Origin: an uncultured Nitrospiraceae bacterium
Lineage (GTDB): Bacteria > Hydrogenedentota > Hydrogenedentia > Hydrogenedentales > SLHB01
Assembly (NCBI GenBank): GCA_964452795.1
Contig: CAYVOE010000003.1
Coordinates: 1 to 34,881, forward strand
Length of the DNA stretch: 34,881 bases
Direction: 5' to 3'
Of this stretch, positions 1-9,854 are shown piece after piece (the stretch's first letter is position 1; every line of letters begins with the position of its first letter). Under the pieces are notes generated by a model, which was not told the origin of the DNA, searched no databases, and saw only the letters and a program-made list of their open reading frames with translations. The translations under genes were made by a program, and so were the position numbers.

Positions 1-1367
1 TCGGGCTCGAGGGGCGCCTCCGCCTCGGCGGACGGCGGGGCTTCGGCTTCCGCCTCGACCGGGGGAGTCGGCGGCGGCACAAACCGGGCGGCCTGGGCCC
101 ACGCGGCCTCGGCGGGATCTCGCGCGAGCTGAACCAACAGGGGCACGATCGCGACGAGGAGCAGGGTCGCCGCCACCAGGGGCGCCAGCAACGGATGACG
201 GCTCGGCGATCCGGCCGCTTTCTGGAGGGCCTTCCGAACGGCCCCCACGTTCCGGGGCCGGTCTTCGGGACGCGGGCGGAGGCATTGCAGCACGATGTCG
301 TCCACGGCCCGGGGCACGCCCACCGCCGCGTGGGACGGCGGCAAGGGGGGCTCGTCCGGGAGGCGCCCGGTGAACATCCGGTAGAGGAGCACCCCCAGCG
401 AGTAGAGGTCGGCGCGCGCGTCGCCGTCTTCGGTCCATTGGGCCAGTTCGGGCGCGCGGTAGGCCTTGTTTTCGCGGACGGCGACCTCGCTCGACAGGAC
501 GGGGAGGGGGATCGCCGACGCCAGGCCCAGGTCGAGGAGTTTCACGGTTCCGTCCGGCTGCATAACCACACTGTCGGGAGAAAGGGCCTGGTGCGCCGCG
601 CGCCGATGGATGGCGGCCAAGGCGTCGCACAACTGCAACCCCGTGTCCAGGGCTTCCCAGGTGGGCAGGCGGCCGCCCCGATCCTCGAGGGCCGTCCGCA
701 GGGAGATCCCCTCCACCGATTCGGCGGCGACGAAGAGGAGACCGCGTTCGGCGTCTTCCCCCACGTCCAAGAGGGCCGCGACCCCGGGGTGCCGAAGGGT
801 TTGGGAAAGCTCGCACTGTTGGGTGAGTCGCTGGCGCACGCGCGGACGGGCGGCCGCCTCGGGAAGGACGCAAAGGGCCTCCGTGTCCGGGTCGCCCGGG
901 GCGACGACCCGGTACCACGCCCCGATCCCGCCGAGCGGAAGCCGCTCCACGATCTCGTATCGCCCGGCCACGACGTCGCCGGGGCGCAGGCGCTCGTGCG
1001 GGGGCGGATCGGCATCCACGGGTTCGGGCGGGGCCTCCTCCTCCATCGGGTCTGCGGGCGGCTCGAGGGGAGCCTCCTCCTCCGTTTTTTCTGCGGAGGC
1101 CTCGGCCGCTGCGTCGTCCGTGGAGGACTGTTCTTCCGGCGGCGGCAACTCGATCACCCGCGGCGTTTCCGGCTCGGTGGGGTCGTCGTCCTCGAAGGGT
1201 TCCCAGACCTCGGGGAAGGGCAGGTCCTCCACGTCTTCCACGTCTTCGACCCTGTCCTTCTCCGGACTCCCGTTCGTCCTATCTTTGGGTATGCCCGAGG
1301 TGTCGAAGGGAAGGGGCCCGAGTTCGAGCTCGTCGAATCCGTCGCGATCAAAATGTCGATTACGCAT
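1..1367 (-). CDS. Membrane-associated Ser/Thr protein kinase-like protein (probable pseudokinase), C-terminus runs off the window
   Basis: Not in the ORF track (no stop within the window); translated by hand from ATG at 1367: acidic N-terminus MRNRHFDRDGFDELEL..., then GDVVAGRYEIVERLPLGGIGAWY, LRHPGVAALLDVG, HQALSPDSVVMQPDGTVKLLDLGLA, YRAPE, DARADLYSLGVLLYRMFTGRLP, followed by a hydrophobic TM segment (LLAPLVAATLLLVAIVPLLV) and a Pro/Ala/Glu linker. Confidence 0.85.
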   Translation of the reverse strand, partial: MRNRHFDRDGFDELELGPLPFDTSGIPKDRTNGSPEKDRVEDVEDVEDLPFPEVWEPFEDDDPTEPETPRVIELPPPEEQSSTDDAAAEASAEKTEEEAPLEPPADPMEEEAPPEPVDADPPPHERLRPGDVVAGRYEIVERLPLGGIGAWYRVVAPGDPDTEALCVLPEAAARPRVRQRLTQQCELSQTLRHPGVAALLDVGEDAERGLLFVAAESVEGISLRTALEDRGGRLPTWEALDTGLQLCDALAAIHRRAAHQALSPDSVVMQPDGTVKLLDLGLASAIPLPVLSSEVAVRENKAYRAPELAQWTEDGDARADLYSLGVLLYRMFTGRLPDEPPLPPSHAAVGVPRAVDDIVLQCLRPRPEDRPRNVGAVRKALQKAAGSPSRHPLLAPLVAATLLLVAIVPLLVQLARDPAEAAWAQAARFVPPPTPPVEAEAEAPPSAEAEAPLEP

Positions 1368-1767
1368 CCTGCTCTCACTTTGCGATTGGGGCCGCACCCG
1401 TCGGTCGTGCCACGGCACGGGCAACGGAACGCGGAACGACGGCGGGAAGGCGGGCGTGGGGTCCTACGAAAGTCGCAGGCCGGCGCCTGCCTTGGAGGGG
1501 CCTGTCGGGCGCGGCGCGGTCGCGCGTTTGAAACTGGAGAGACAGCGGGGCCCAAGCGGTTTTGTCGGGGCTCCCGCGTCGTCTCTCTCGGACGAAATCC
1601 TATCGCGTCCTATTCATTATACCCGCGAACGCGAGGACGGTCGGGTTTGGGGCGATTTCCGCCCTCCCGCGCTTGTGGCGACCGGCCGACGGGAATTCCA
1701 TTGTCCGCAGTATTCGCAACCTCGAACGGGCCGCCGAACCCCCGGCAACAGCCGGCCGAGCAAAGGG

Positions 1768-1796
1768 TTGCCATGGAACGTGTTACAAGTTATACT
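1768..1796 (+). promoter_or_regulatory. Putative sigma70 promoter for the histidine kinase
   Basis: TTGCCA (1768-1773) - 17 nt - TATACT (1791-1796) in an AT-rich intergenic patch. Confidence 0.55.
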
Positions 1797-1941
1797 CAAT
1801 TCACGATACTGGAAAAAGCCTCGCACAATTGAGCTTCTCCGATTTGTAGTAAAGCCCTCACTTCGATCGCGAAATAGAGCGGCTGTGCGCCCTGCACAGC
1901 GTCTCCGTCCCGGAGCGTCTGCATTGAAGCGTGACCCCGAC

Positions 1942-3966
1942 ATGCCTCGAAATCCGGAACCCTCCCCCGGTAAGCCGCCCAGCGCCGGTTCCTCCTCGGA
2001 AGGTCCGTTGACAAGCCGCACCGAATGGTCGTTAGGCGAACTGGCCGACAGCCTGTTCGAGGTGGTGTGGATCGCCAACCCGGAAACCCGCCGCCTGCTC
2101 TGCGCCAGCCCCGGCTACAGCGCGTGGGCGGGCGCGCCCCTCGACCCCTTGTGCGCAACCCTCGAGACCCTTACCTCGCGGGCTCACCCGGACGATCGGG
2201 GGCGCGTCGAGGCGGCCCGGACCCCTCATTGCACGGGCCCCTACGCCGTGGAATACCGGATCGTGGGGACCGACGGCCATGTCCGGTGGATGCGGGAACG
2301 GGCCGTGCCGCTGCGCAACCCGGAGGGCGACGTCGAGTGCCTTCTGGGGACGGTCGAGGACATCACGGAACGCAAGGCCGAGGAAGCGCGACTGGCCCGG
2401 TGCGAGACCCGGTACGGCCGCATGGCTCAGGGCACCCACGACGCGATATGGGAGTGGGATCTCGCCACGAACCGGTTCTGCTGGACCCATGCCTCGGCGG
2501 CCTGGGCGTCCCCTCCTCCGACGGACGGGGCGTTGTCCATAGACGACTGGTACCGGCTGATACATCCGGAGGATCGGGAGCGGGTCGCCCAGAGCCTGCT
2601 CAAGGCCGTCCGCACCGCCGACGGGACCTGGATCGACGAGTTCCGGTGGATGCGTCCCGACGGCTCCCCGGCCTACGTGCTGGCCCGCGGCTACGTCGAG
2701 CGCGGCGCCGACGGCGCGCCTTCGATCGTCTTCGGCGGCATGGTCGACATCACGGAGAACCAGCAGGCCGAAGAGCAGCTCCGGCTGAGCGAGGAGCGGT
2801 TCCGGTGCCTGGTCTCGCTGATGCCGGCCGCCGTGTACACCTGCGATCGGGAAGGCCGCATCACCTTCTACAACCGCCGCGCCGTGGAACTGTGGGGCCG
2901 GGAGCCGCGGCGGGACGACCCGGAAGAGAAATTCTGCGGATCCGAGCGGATCTATCGCCTGGACGGCAGCCCCCTGCCGCACGACCAGACCCCCACGGCC
3001 CGGGCCATTTTCGAAGGCCTGTCCGCCCACAACGAAGAGGTCATAATCGAGCGCCCCGACGGAACGCGCATCGTCGCCTCCGTAAACGTCGAACCCCTGG
3101 AGGATGCCGACGGCAGGCGTTCCGGAGCCATCAACGTGTTTCAAGACATTACCGCACGCCGTCGTATGGAAGAGGAACTGCGCGCCTGGAATCAGCGGCT
3201 CGAGGCGCGCGTGCAGCAGCGGACCGCCGACCTGGTGGCGTCTCAGGAGGCCTTGCGCCGAGCCGAACGGCTGGCCGCCATCGGCCAGATGATGACGGGC
3301 CTGTCCCACGAATCGCGCAACGCGCTCCAGCGATCCCTGGCCTGCCTCGAGATGCTGGATCGAAAACTCCGCAACGAGCCCGCCCTGCTCGCCCTGGTGT
3401 CGGAGGCCCGCAAGGCCCAGCTCCACCTGCAGCGGATCTACCAGGAGGTGAAGTCCTACGCGGGCCCCATCAAGCTCGAGCCGGCCCTGCAAAACGTGGC
3501 GTCCTGCTGGCGCGAGGCCTGGGAAGCCCTGGCCCCCCAGCGCGAGGGACGCGACATTCGCCTGGTGGAACAGACCGAGGGGGTGGATCTTCAGTGCTGG
3601 AGCGATCGCCAGCAACTGTGCCAGGCCTTCCGCAACATCCTCGACAATTCCCTGTCGGCCTGCGACGACCCCGTCGAGATCGACATCCAATGCACCCCGG
3701 CCACCCGGCAGGGCGCGGAAGCCCTCGCCATCTCGATCCGCGACAACGGACCCGGACTGAGCGAAGAGCAGACGCGCCGGATCTTCGAGCCCTTTTACAC
3801 CACGAAGACCAAAGGCACGGGGCTCGGCATGGCGGTGGTGCAGCGCATCCTCGAGGCCCACGGCGGCGCCGTCAGCATCGCGCCCCGTCCCGGACGCGGG
3901 CTGGAGATCGAGCTGACCCTCCCCCGAAGCGCCCCCCTGAGCGCCGCAGCGCCGGAAGCCGGGTAG
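1942..3966 (+). CDS. Cytoplasmic multi-PAS sensor histidine kinase
   Basis: Three PAS/PAC repeats (HPDDRGRV...EYRIVGTDGHVRW; IWEWD...IHPEDRERV; AAVYTCDREGRITFYNRRA), H-box GLSHESRNAL, N-box NILDNS, G1 DNGPG, F/G2 IFEPFYTTKTKGTGLGM. ATG 1942 chosen; the ORF-track extension to 466 is antisense to the kinase-like gene. Confidence 0.93.
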   Translation: MPRNPEPSPGKPPSAGSSSEGPLTSRTEWSLGELADSLFEVVWIANPETRRLLCASPGYSAWAGAPLDPLCATLETLTSRAHPDDRGRVEAARTPHCTGPYAVEYRIVGTDGHVRWMRERAVPLRNPEGDVECLLGTVEDITERKAEEARLARCETRYGRMAQGTHDAIWEWDLATNRFCWTHASAAWASPPPTDGALSIDDWYRLIHPEDRERVAQSLLKAVRTADGTWIDEFRWMRPDGSPAYVLARGYVERGADGAPSIVFGGMVDITENQQAEEQLRLSEERFRCLVSLMPAAVYTCDREGRITFYNRRAVELWGREPRRDDPEEKFCGSERIYRLDGSPLPHDQTPTARAIFEGLSAHNEEVIIERPDGTRIVASVNVEPLEDADGRRSGAINVFQDITARRRMEEELRAWNQRLEARVQQRTADLVASQEALRRAERLAAIGQMMTGLSHESRNALQRSLACLEMLDRKLRNEPALLALVSEARKAQLHLQRIYQEVKSYAGPIKLEPALQNVASCWREAWEALAPQREGRDIRLVEQTEGVDLQCWSDRQQLCQAFRNILDNSLSACDDPVEIDIQCTPATRQGAEALAISIRDNGPGLSEEQTRRIFEPFYTTKTKGTGLGMAVVQRILEAHGGAVSIAPRPGRGLEIELTLPRSAPLSAAAPEAG

Positions 3967-4125
3967 CCGGCGGCCTGGCCGTCCCGGCCGGGTCGTTCTG
4001 AGCCGTTCCGCTTGAGCGAAGACGCCCAAGCCATGTCCTTCGTCTTCCTTTCGCGGGGGTGCGGTTGACTGGTGGGGACGGGCCCTCGATAATGGCCGGT
4101 GGGAATCTGGAGGGAGTACGACACC

Positions 4126-7100
4126 ATGGGCATATGGCGTATTGTGTTGCTATGGCTGTGCATAGGGACTGCAGGGGGGAATGCCGTGGAACTCGAGACG
4201 ATTGGGGCCGGAGTCGAGGGCCGGTTCGACCGGGCGTATCGTGGGTCGACCAACGGGCTCATGGACGCGGAAGCGGAGAACCTGGACGTCTATTCGTCGC
4301 GCCCGCTGACCATAGAATGCTGGGCGAGGCTCGAGAGCCGCAACGCCTTCAACATCCTTCTGGCCTCGAGCCCCAAGAGCTCTCCGGAACACTGGGAACT
4401 CTACGCCTACGCCGGATCGGGCGCACTCAGCGTTTACATGCCGGGATTCGAGCCGGCGGAGATCGTGTCGGACCGGGACCTTTCGGACGGTGAATGGCAC
4501 TATCTCGCCGCCGTATTGGAAGACCACCGCGTGCGCCTCTACGTGGACGGGGAGCTCGTCAAGGAGGCCTCCGTGAAGCGCGCGCGGGAGGGCGAGGCGG
4601 GTACCGGCCGGCTCAGCCTGGCCATGCTCAACGGCGCCGAGGGCGGCCTGGGCTTCGACGGGGCCATCGACGAGGTGCGCATCTCGAACACGGTCCGCGA
4701 CATCGGCACCGTGCCCGCGGCCCCCTTTGAAGCCGACGAACACACCGTGGGCCTGTGGCACCTGGACGGCCTGGTGGACGGCGCTTTCCCGGACGCATCG
4801 TCGCGCAACAACCCCTTCAAATGCACGCCCATCGACGGCCGTTCGATGGACGACCTCGACCGGGAGGCCTTCGCCCCCGGACCGTCTCCCTGGGAAGGCC
4901 CGTTCGAGCGGGCGACGCTGGAGCCCGGCGCGGCCGAGCACGCAGCGGGTCCGGTTGTGGTAAGCCTGGACGGCGAGTGGCAACTGGCGGAGGGCGGCGA
5001 CGACGCGGACCGGCTCGCGGCACAGACGTGGGCGGACGCGGTGCCGGCGGAGGTCCCCGGCAGCGTGCACACGGCCCTGGTGCGGGCGGGCGTGATTCCG
5101 GATCCCACCGTGGGCAAGAACGACGCCGAAGCTCGGATGAAGAGCACGAAAACCTGGTGGTACCGGCGCACCTTCTCGGGAGCGGAAGGACTTTCCGAGG
5201 CGCGGCTGGTCTTCGACGGCGTGGCGATTCGGTGCACGGTCTGGCTCAACGGCGAGGAGCTGGGCCGCCACGAGGGCATGTTCGGCGGGCCGATGTTCGA
5301 CGTGGGCTCGCGGCTGCGGGAAGGCGAGAACACCCTCGTCGTCAAGATCGATCCCGCCCCCGGCACGGGCGAATTCGGACCCAACGAGGGCTGGCGCGAC
5401 ACGGTGGTCTTCAACAACGTCTACGGCTGGCACTACTCGAACATCCCGTCCCTGGGGATCTGGCAGTCGGTGCGGCTGGAAGGCGCGCCCGCCGTGCGCA
5501 TGGACCATCCCTTCGCGACGACCTTTGACGCGGAAAAAGGCGAGGTGGGCCTGTGCGTGGATCTGGCGGGGCCGGCCGAGGGATGGTCGGGCGAGCTGCG
5601 CGTCACGGTCGAACCCGACAACTTCGAGGGGACGCCCTATTCGTTCGCGCGGCGGATCGAGTCGGCGGAAAAAGAGAAGCGGACGCAACTGCGGTTCGCT
5701 GTGCCCGACCCGCGTCCGTGGTGGCCCGTGGACCTCGGGGATCCGAACCTCTACCGGGTGCGCCTGTCCTTCGTGCCCGACGGGGGGACGGCGGATTACG
5801 CGGAAATCCCCCTGGGAATCCGGACGATCGAGATGGCGCCGTTGCCGTACGGCCCTCATCCGCGGCGCTACAACTGGACCTTCGTGATCAACGGCCGGCC
5901 CACCTTCATCAAGGGTACGGGCTGGTGCACCATGGACCCCCTCATGGACTTCTCGCGGGAGCGGTACGAGCGGCTGTTCTCGCTCGCGGCGGACCAGCAT
6001 ATCCAGATGTTCCGGGCCTGGGGCAGCGGCATGCCCGAGACGGACGAGTTCTTCGACCTGGCGGACCGCTACGGCATTCTGATCCTCCAGGAATGGCCCA
6101 CGGCGTGGAACAGCCACACCCAGCAGCCCTACGACATCCTCGAGGAGACGGTGCGGCTCAACACCCTGCGGATTCGGAACCATCCGTCCCTGGCCATGTA
6201 CGGCGCGGGGAACGAATCGACCGAGCCCTACGGCCCCGCCATCGACATGATGGGCCGCTACAGCGTCGAGCTCGACGGGACGCGCCCCTTCCACCGGGCC
6301 GAGCCCTGGGGCGGCAGCCAGCACAACTACAACTGCTACTGGGGCCGGCAGCCGCTGGACCACAACGTGAACATGACGGCCGAGTTCTGGGGCGAGTTCG
6401 GGCTGGCCTGCATGCCGGTGCTCGAGTCGGTGCTGCGCTACCTGCCGGAGGAGGAGAAGGACGTGTGGCCGCCGACGGAGGACGGCTCCCTGGCCTACCA
6501 CACGCCGATTTTCAACACGGCGGAAGACCTGTCGCGGCTCAAGCAGTACTCGGCCTACTTCACGGCGCCGGACTCGCTCGAGCGCTTCATCTTCGGGTCC
6601 CAGCTTTCCCAGGCCACGGGCGTGCGCCATACGCTGGAACGGGCCCGTACCCGCTGGCCCCACACCACGGGCGCGCTGTACTACAAGATGAACGACAACT
6701 ACCCCGCCGCCTCGTGGTCGTGCGTGGACTGGTACGGCGCTCCCAAGCTCGGCCACTACGTGTTCCAGGACAGCTTCGCGCCGCTTCTGGCGTGCATCAT
6801 CCTCGACGCTCTCAACCCGGTGGGTGAGGCCGTGGCGTGGCCCGTGTTCGTCGTGGACGACGCGGACGCATTAGACGGCGTCTCGTGGAAGGTGACCGTG
6901 CGGGCCTACGACGGCGCGTTGAATGAAGTGAAGCGGCAGACCTTCGAGGGGCGCGGGTCCGTCGACCGCGTGCGGGAAATCGGGACCTTTGAACTCGCGG
7001 CGGAGGAGAACCGTTCGACTCCGCTCCTGACGGTCGTCGAGATCGAAAAGAATGGCGCCCTCGCCCAGCGCAGTTTCTACTGGACGAACTACGAGGCGAA

Positions 7101-7359
7101 GCCGGGCTGTCTGCTCGAGCTGCCGGCTGCGGAGCTGGAGCTGCGCGTCGACGGCGACACGGCTCGCGTGACCAACCGGGGCGAGAAGCCCGCCGTGGGG
7201 GTGAGCGTGGCGCGGCCGGGCCATCTCGACACGTTCCGCGTGAGCGACGGCTGCTTCTGGCTCGACCCGGGCGAGACCCGTTCGGTGACGGTCAACGCCA
7301 TCGACGGCCTCGTTGTGGAAGCGTGGAACGCCGAGCGACGGGAAGCGCAGGGTCCGTAG
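4126..7359 (+). CDS. Secreted glycoside hydrolase family 2 (beta-mannosidase-like) with N-terminal LamG/concanavalin-like domain
   Basis: Signal peptide (WRIVLLWLCIGTAGGNA); LamG motifs (LTIECWAR, WHYLAAV, LYVDGEL, FDGAIDEVRIS); GH2 motifs VPGSVHTAL, LVFDGV, WWPVDLGDPNLY, FVINGRPTFIKG, RNHPSLAMYGAGNES (acid/base), EFG (nucleophile); RBS AGGGAG before ATG 4126. Confidence 0.88.
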   Translation: MGIWRIVLLWLCIGTAGGNAVELETIGAGVEGRFDRAYRGSTNGLMDAEAENLDVYSSRPLTIECWARLESRNAFNILLASSPKSSPEHWELYAYAGSGALSVYMPGFEPAEIVSDRDLSDGEWHYLAAVLEDHRVRLYVDGELVKEASVKRAREGEAGTGRLSLAMLNGAEGGLGFDGAIDEVRISNTVRDIGTVPAAPFEADEHTVGLWHLDGLVDGAFPDASSRNNPFKCTPIDGRSMDDLDREAFAPGPSPWEGPFERATLEPGAAEHAAGPVVVSLDGEWQLAEGGDDADRLAAQTWADAVPAEVPGSVHTALVRAGVIPDPTVGKNDAEARMKSTKTWWYRRTFSGAEGLSEARLVFDGVAIRCTVWLNGEELGRHEGMFGGPMFDVGSRLREGENTLVVKIDPAPGTGEFGPNEGWRDTVVFNNVYGWHYSNIPSLGIWQSVRLEGAPAVRMDHPFATTFDAEKGEVGLCVDLAGPAEGWSGELRVTVEPDNFEGTPYSFARRIESAEKEKRTQLRFAVPDPRPWWPVDLGDPNLYRVRLSFVPDGGTADYAEIPLGIRTIEMAPLPYGPHPRRYNWTFVINGRPTFIKGTGWCTMDPLMDFSRERYERLFSLAADQHIQMFRAWGSGMPETDEFFDLADRYGILILQEWPTAWNSHTQQPYDILEETVRLNTLRIRNHPSLAMYGAGNESTEPYGPAIDMMGRYSVELDGTRPFHRAEPWGGSQHNYNCYWGRQPLDHNVNMTAEFWGEFGLACMPVLESVLRYLPEEEKDVWPPTEDGSLAYHTPIFNTAEDLSRLKQYSAYFTAPDSLERFIFGSQLSQATGVRHTLERARTRWPHTTGALYYKMNDNYPAASWSCVDWYGAPKLGHYVFQDSFAPLLACIILDALNPVGEAVAWPVFVVDDADALDGVSWKVTVRAYDGALNEVKRQTFEGRGSVDRVREIGTFELAAEENRSTPLLTVVEIEKNGALAQRSFYWTNYEAKPGCLLELPAAELELRVDGDTARVTNRGEKPAVGVSVARPGHLDTFRVSDGCFWLDPGETRSVTVNAIDGLVVEAWNAERREAQGP

Positions 7360-7387
7360 CCGCACGCGGCAGCGAGGTACATCAACG

Positions 7388-7406
7388 GGGGGGCTTTTCG
7401 CCCCCC
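7388..7406. terminator. Hairpin between convergent GH2 and cytochrome genes
   Basis: GGGGGGC-TTTTC-GCCCCCC stem-loop followed by T-rich sequence on +. Confidence 0.5.
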
Positions 7407-8621
7407 TTACTCTTTGCTTTCTTCGGCCGGTTCGAACCGAGTGCGGCCGTCGTCGTGGCAGGTGTCGCAGGAGGCGGGCTTGCCCATGCCCTCGCTGTGG
7501 CAGTCCTGGCAGCCGGCGGCCTGGTGGAGCTCGTCGAGGGGCTGGCTCGTGAGGGCGTGGTCGAACTCGCCGTCCGCGGGCGACCAGTCGACGGGATGGC
7601 AGACCTCGCACGCAGCGGCGGCGGGGGTGAAGCGCCGCTCGCCGGGATGGCACTGGCGGCAGCCCACGGACCCGTGCCAGGCCTCGAGGGCGTGGCCGGT
7701 CAGGAGCGCGTGGTCGAAGACCGCGGGCGTCTCCCTCTCCTTGTGGCAATAGGTGCAGTCGCTGTCGAGCTCGGGCTGGTGGCACTGGGCGCAATCCTGG
7801 TGCGGGTCTTCCCGCTTGCGCGCGTGGTGCGCTTCGGGATCGTGGCAGCGGCTGCAGCTCTCCTGGCGGTGGCATTCCGCGCACTTCAGGCCGAAGGTCT
7901 CGGCGTGCATCTTGTGATGGAAAGTGACCACGGGGGTGTCTTCGAGGTCCGGGATGTTGTACACCGCCTTGTCGGGCACCTCGACGTTGGGATGGAGCAT
8001 GCCCATGATGTCGGTGGGATCCTCGGGCAGCCGGGGCACCACGCCGGGAGCGGCCTTGGCGTGACACACGGCGCAATCGGTCTCGTGGGTCCATTCGCGG
8101 TGGCAGTTCAGGCACTGGCGGTGATAGGCCCCCTTGAGGCTGGGCTGGCGCAGGTTGGCCGGGTTCGACGGCCCGCCGTGGCATTCGTCGCAGGCGAGGA
8201 TGGGCCCGGGCGGATTGTTGTGGTGGCAGGTCTCGCAGCCGCCGCCCATCTCGGTCATGGCGGCGTGGAGCTTGTGCGGGAACACCACGGGGACGTAGAT
8301 GTCGGCGAGCTTGTCGATGAGGATCACGTCCGGCGCTTCTTCGGACGAGTGGTCCCCTCCCACGGCGCGAGGCCGCGGACAGGCCCTTAACTCGGCCGAG
8401 CCCTCGGCGGGATCGTCGGAGACGTGGCAGAGGCCGCAGGCGAGGTCGACGGCGGGTGCATGCCCTTCGAGAAGCGGCGCGGCCTCGGGTTCCTCGACGG
8501 CATCTACCTGGGCAATCTCGATGGGGGCGGCGTTTGGGGCGGATGCGCCCAAACCCAGGACGGCGGGTAGTCCCAGGGACGCGGACAGGGCCAGGACTGC
8601 GGGTACAAGGTATTTATACAT
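7407..8621 (-). CDS. Periplasmic multiheme cytochrome c (13 CxxCH), class III/c3-like domains
   Basis: Sec-type signal peptide; 13 CxxCH motifs counted (CGLCH, CETCH, CDECH, CLNCH, CAVCH, CAECH, CSRCH, CAQCH, CTYCH, CRQCH, CEVCH, CQDCH, CDTCH); c3-type PVVFPHKLH, LKGAYHRQC and VTFHHKMH motifs. Confidence 0.92.
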   Translation of the reverse strand: MYKYLVPAVLALSASLGLPAVLGLGASAPNAAPIEIAQVDAVEEPEAAPLLEGHAPAVDLACGLCHVSDDPAEGSAELRACPRPRAVGGDHSSEEAPDVILIDKLADIYVPVVFPHKLHAAMTEMGGGCETCHHNNPPGPILACDECHGGPSNPANLRQPSLKGAYHRQCLNCHREWTHETDCAVCHAKAAPGVVPRLPEDPTDIMGMLHPNVEVPDKAVYNIPDLEDTPVVTFHHKMHAETFGLKCAECHRQESCSRCHDPEAHHARKREDPHQDCAQCHQPELDSDCTYCHKERETPAVFDHALLTGHALEAWHGSVGCRQCHPGERRFTPAAAACEVCHPVDWSPADGEFDHALTSQPLDELHQAAGCQDCHSEGMGKPASCDTCHDDGRTRFEPAEESKE

Positions 8622-8627
8622 GAGAAC

Positions 8628-9854
8628 TCAGCTCCCCGATTCGTGGGCGTCGCCGTGCTCCGCCGGCAACACGGGCAGGATGCTCACGACCACTCGGTAG
8701 ACCAGGGCGAGGGCGGCGATCATGCCGGCCGTCACCGCGATCTCGCCCAGGCTCGGGAAATAGGAGGTTTCGGCGTAGGGCGGGCGGTAGGCCACCAGGA
8801 AAACGTTGATGCGGTTGACGGCCACGCCCAGCACCACGAGGCCCGCGGCGGTGAACAGGAGCCCGGGCGACCGCCGGACGCGCGGCGACAGGAGCATGCA
8901 GAAGGGGACGACCAGTCCGAAGACGACCTCGACCAGAAACATGGCCGACGCGACGCCGCCGTCCAGCAGGTGGACGTAGGCCTCGCGGATGATGAGGTCG
9001 GAGAACTTCGCGGCCATGTAGATCCCGAGGAAGAGGAGGGCGAACCGGCTCAGGGGCGTCAGGACCTCCATCTCCGGCTTGCGCCCCAAAGACTTCGCCG
9101 CCCACATGGACTCGACCACCACCATGGGATAGCCGACGGCGACGGCCGACAGCAGAAACAGGAGCGGCAGGATCGGCGTGTACCACAGGGGGTGGACCTT
9201 GTAGGGGGCGATGAGCATCAGCGCGCCGAGGGAGGACTGGTGCATGCAGGACAGGACCACTCCGGCGATGATGAGGAGGAACATGACTCGGCCGAGGACC
9301 CGCTGGAGGAACCGGAGGAGGCCGTCCACGGGGGCGTTGAGCGCCCTCAAAGGCCCCGGAAGATGGACGCGGCCCACGAATCGTTCGCAGACGATGGGCA
9401 TGAATTCGAGGTAGAGTACGGTGAGGTAGGCCATGACGCACATGCCGACCTCGAAGAGCACGGAGTTGCCCTGCCACATGGTGGGCCAGGCGGGATGCCA
9501 GATGTTGTAGTAGCGTCCCAGGTCCACCAGGAGGGCGAGTCCGACGAAGGTATAGCCCAGCATGGCCGTGAGCAGGGCGGGCCGCACCACCGCCTCGTAG
9601 CGGCGCTGGTGAAAGATGTGGGCCAGGGCGGCCGTGGTGAACCCGCCCGCGGCCAGGGCCACGCCCGTGGCAACGTCGACGGCGATCCAGATGCCCCAGG
9701 GGTAGGCGTCGGTGAGGTTCGTTACCGCGCTGAGGCCGAAGAAGAAGCGCCACAGGGCGAAGGCCCCCGCCAGAGCCGCGAGGCCCAGGAGGGCGCCGAC
9801 TCCGGGCGTCAGCAGCCGTTTCCCGACGGGCGCGCAGGCGACGTGTCCGCTCAT
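8628..9854 (-). CDS. hybB: NrfD/PsrC-family integral membrane subunit (HybB/HmcC-like)
   Basis: TNLTDAYPWGIWIAVDVATGVALAAGG, LLVDLGR, SVLFEVGMCV, LSCMHQSSLG, HPLWYTP; multiple TM helices; ATG 9854 overlaps the upstream TGA (ATGA). Confidence 0.9.
   Translation of the reverse strand: MSGHVACAPVGKRLLTPGVGALLGLAALAGAFALWRFFFGLSAVTNLTDAYPWGIWIAVDVATGVALAAGGFTTAALAHIFHQRRYEAVVRPALLTAMLGYTFVGLALLVDLGRYYNIWHPAWPTMWQGNSVLFEVGMCVMAYLTVLYLEFMPIVCERFVGRVHLPGPLRALNAPVDGLLRFLQRVLGRVMFLLIIAGVVLSCMHQSSLGALMLIAPYKVHPLWYTPILPLLFLLSAVAVGYPMVVVESMWAAKSLGRKPEMEVLTPLSRFALLFLGIYMAAKFSDLIIREAYVHLLDGGVASAMFLVEVVFGLVVPFCMLLSPRVRRSPGLLFTAAGLVVLGVAVNRINVFLVAYRPPYAETSYFPSLGEIAVTAGMIAALALVYRVVVSILPVLPAEHGDAHESGS

Noticed and set aside
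195-1941. Long + strand ORFs 195..1832 and the 466-1941 extension of the histidine kinase
   Set aside because: Antisense shadows of the minus-strand kinase-like gene; no recognisable motifs; typical of high-GC DNA
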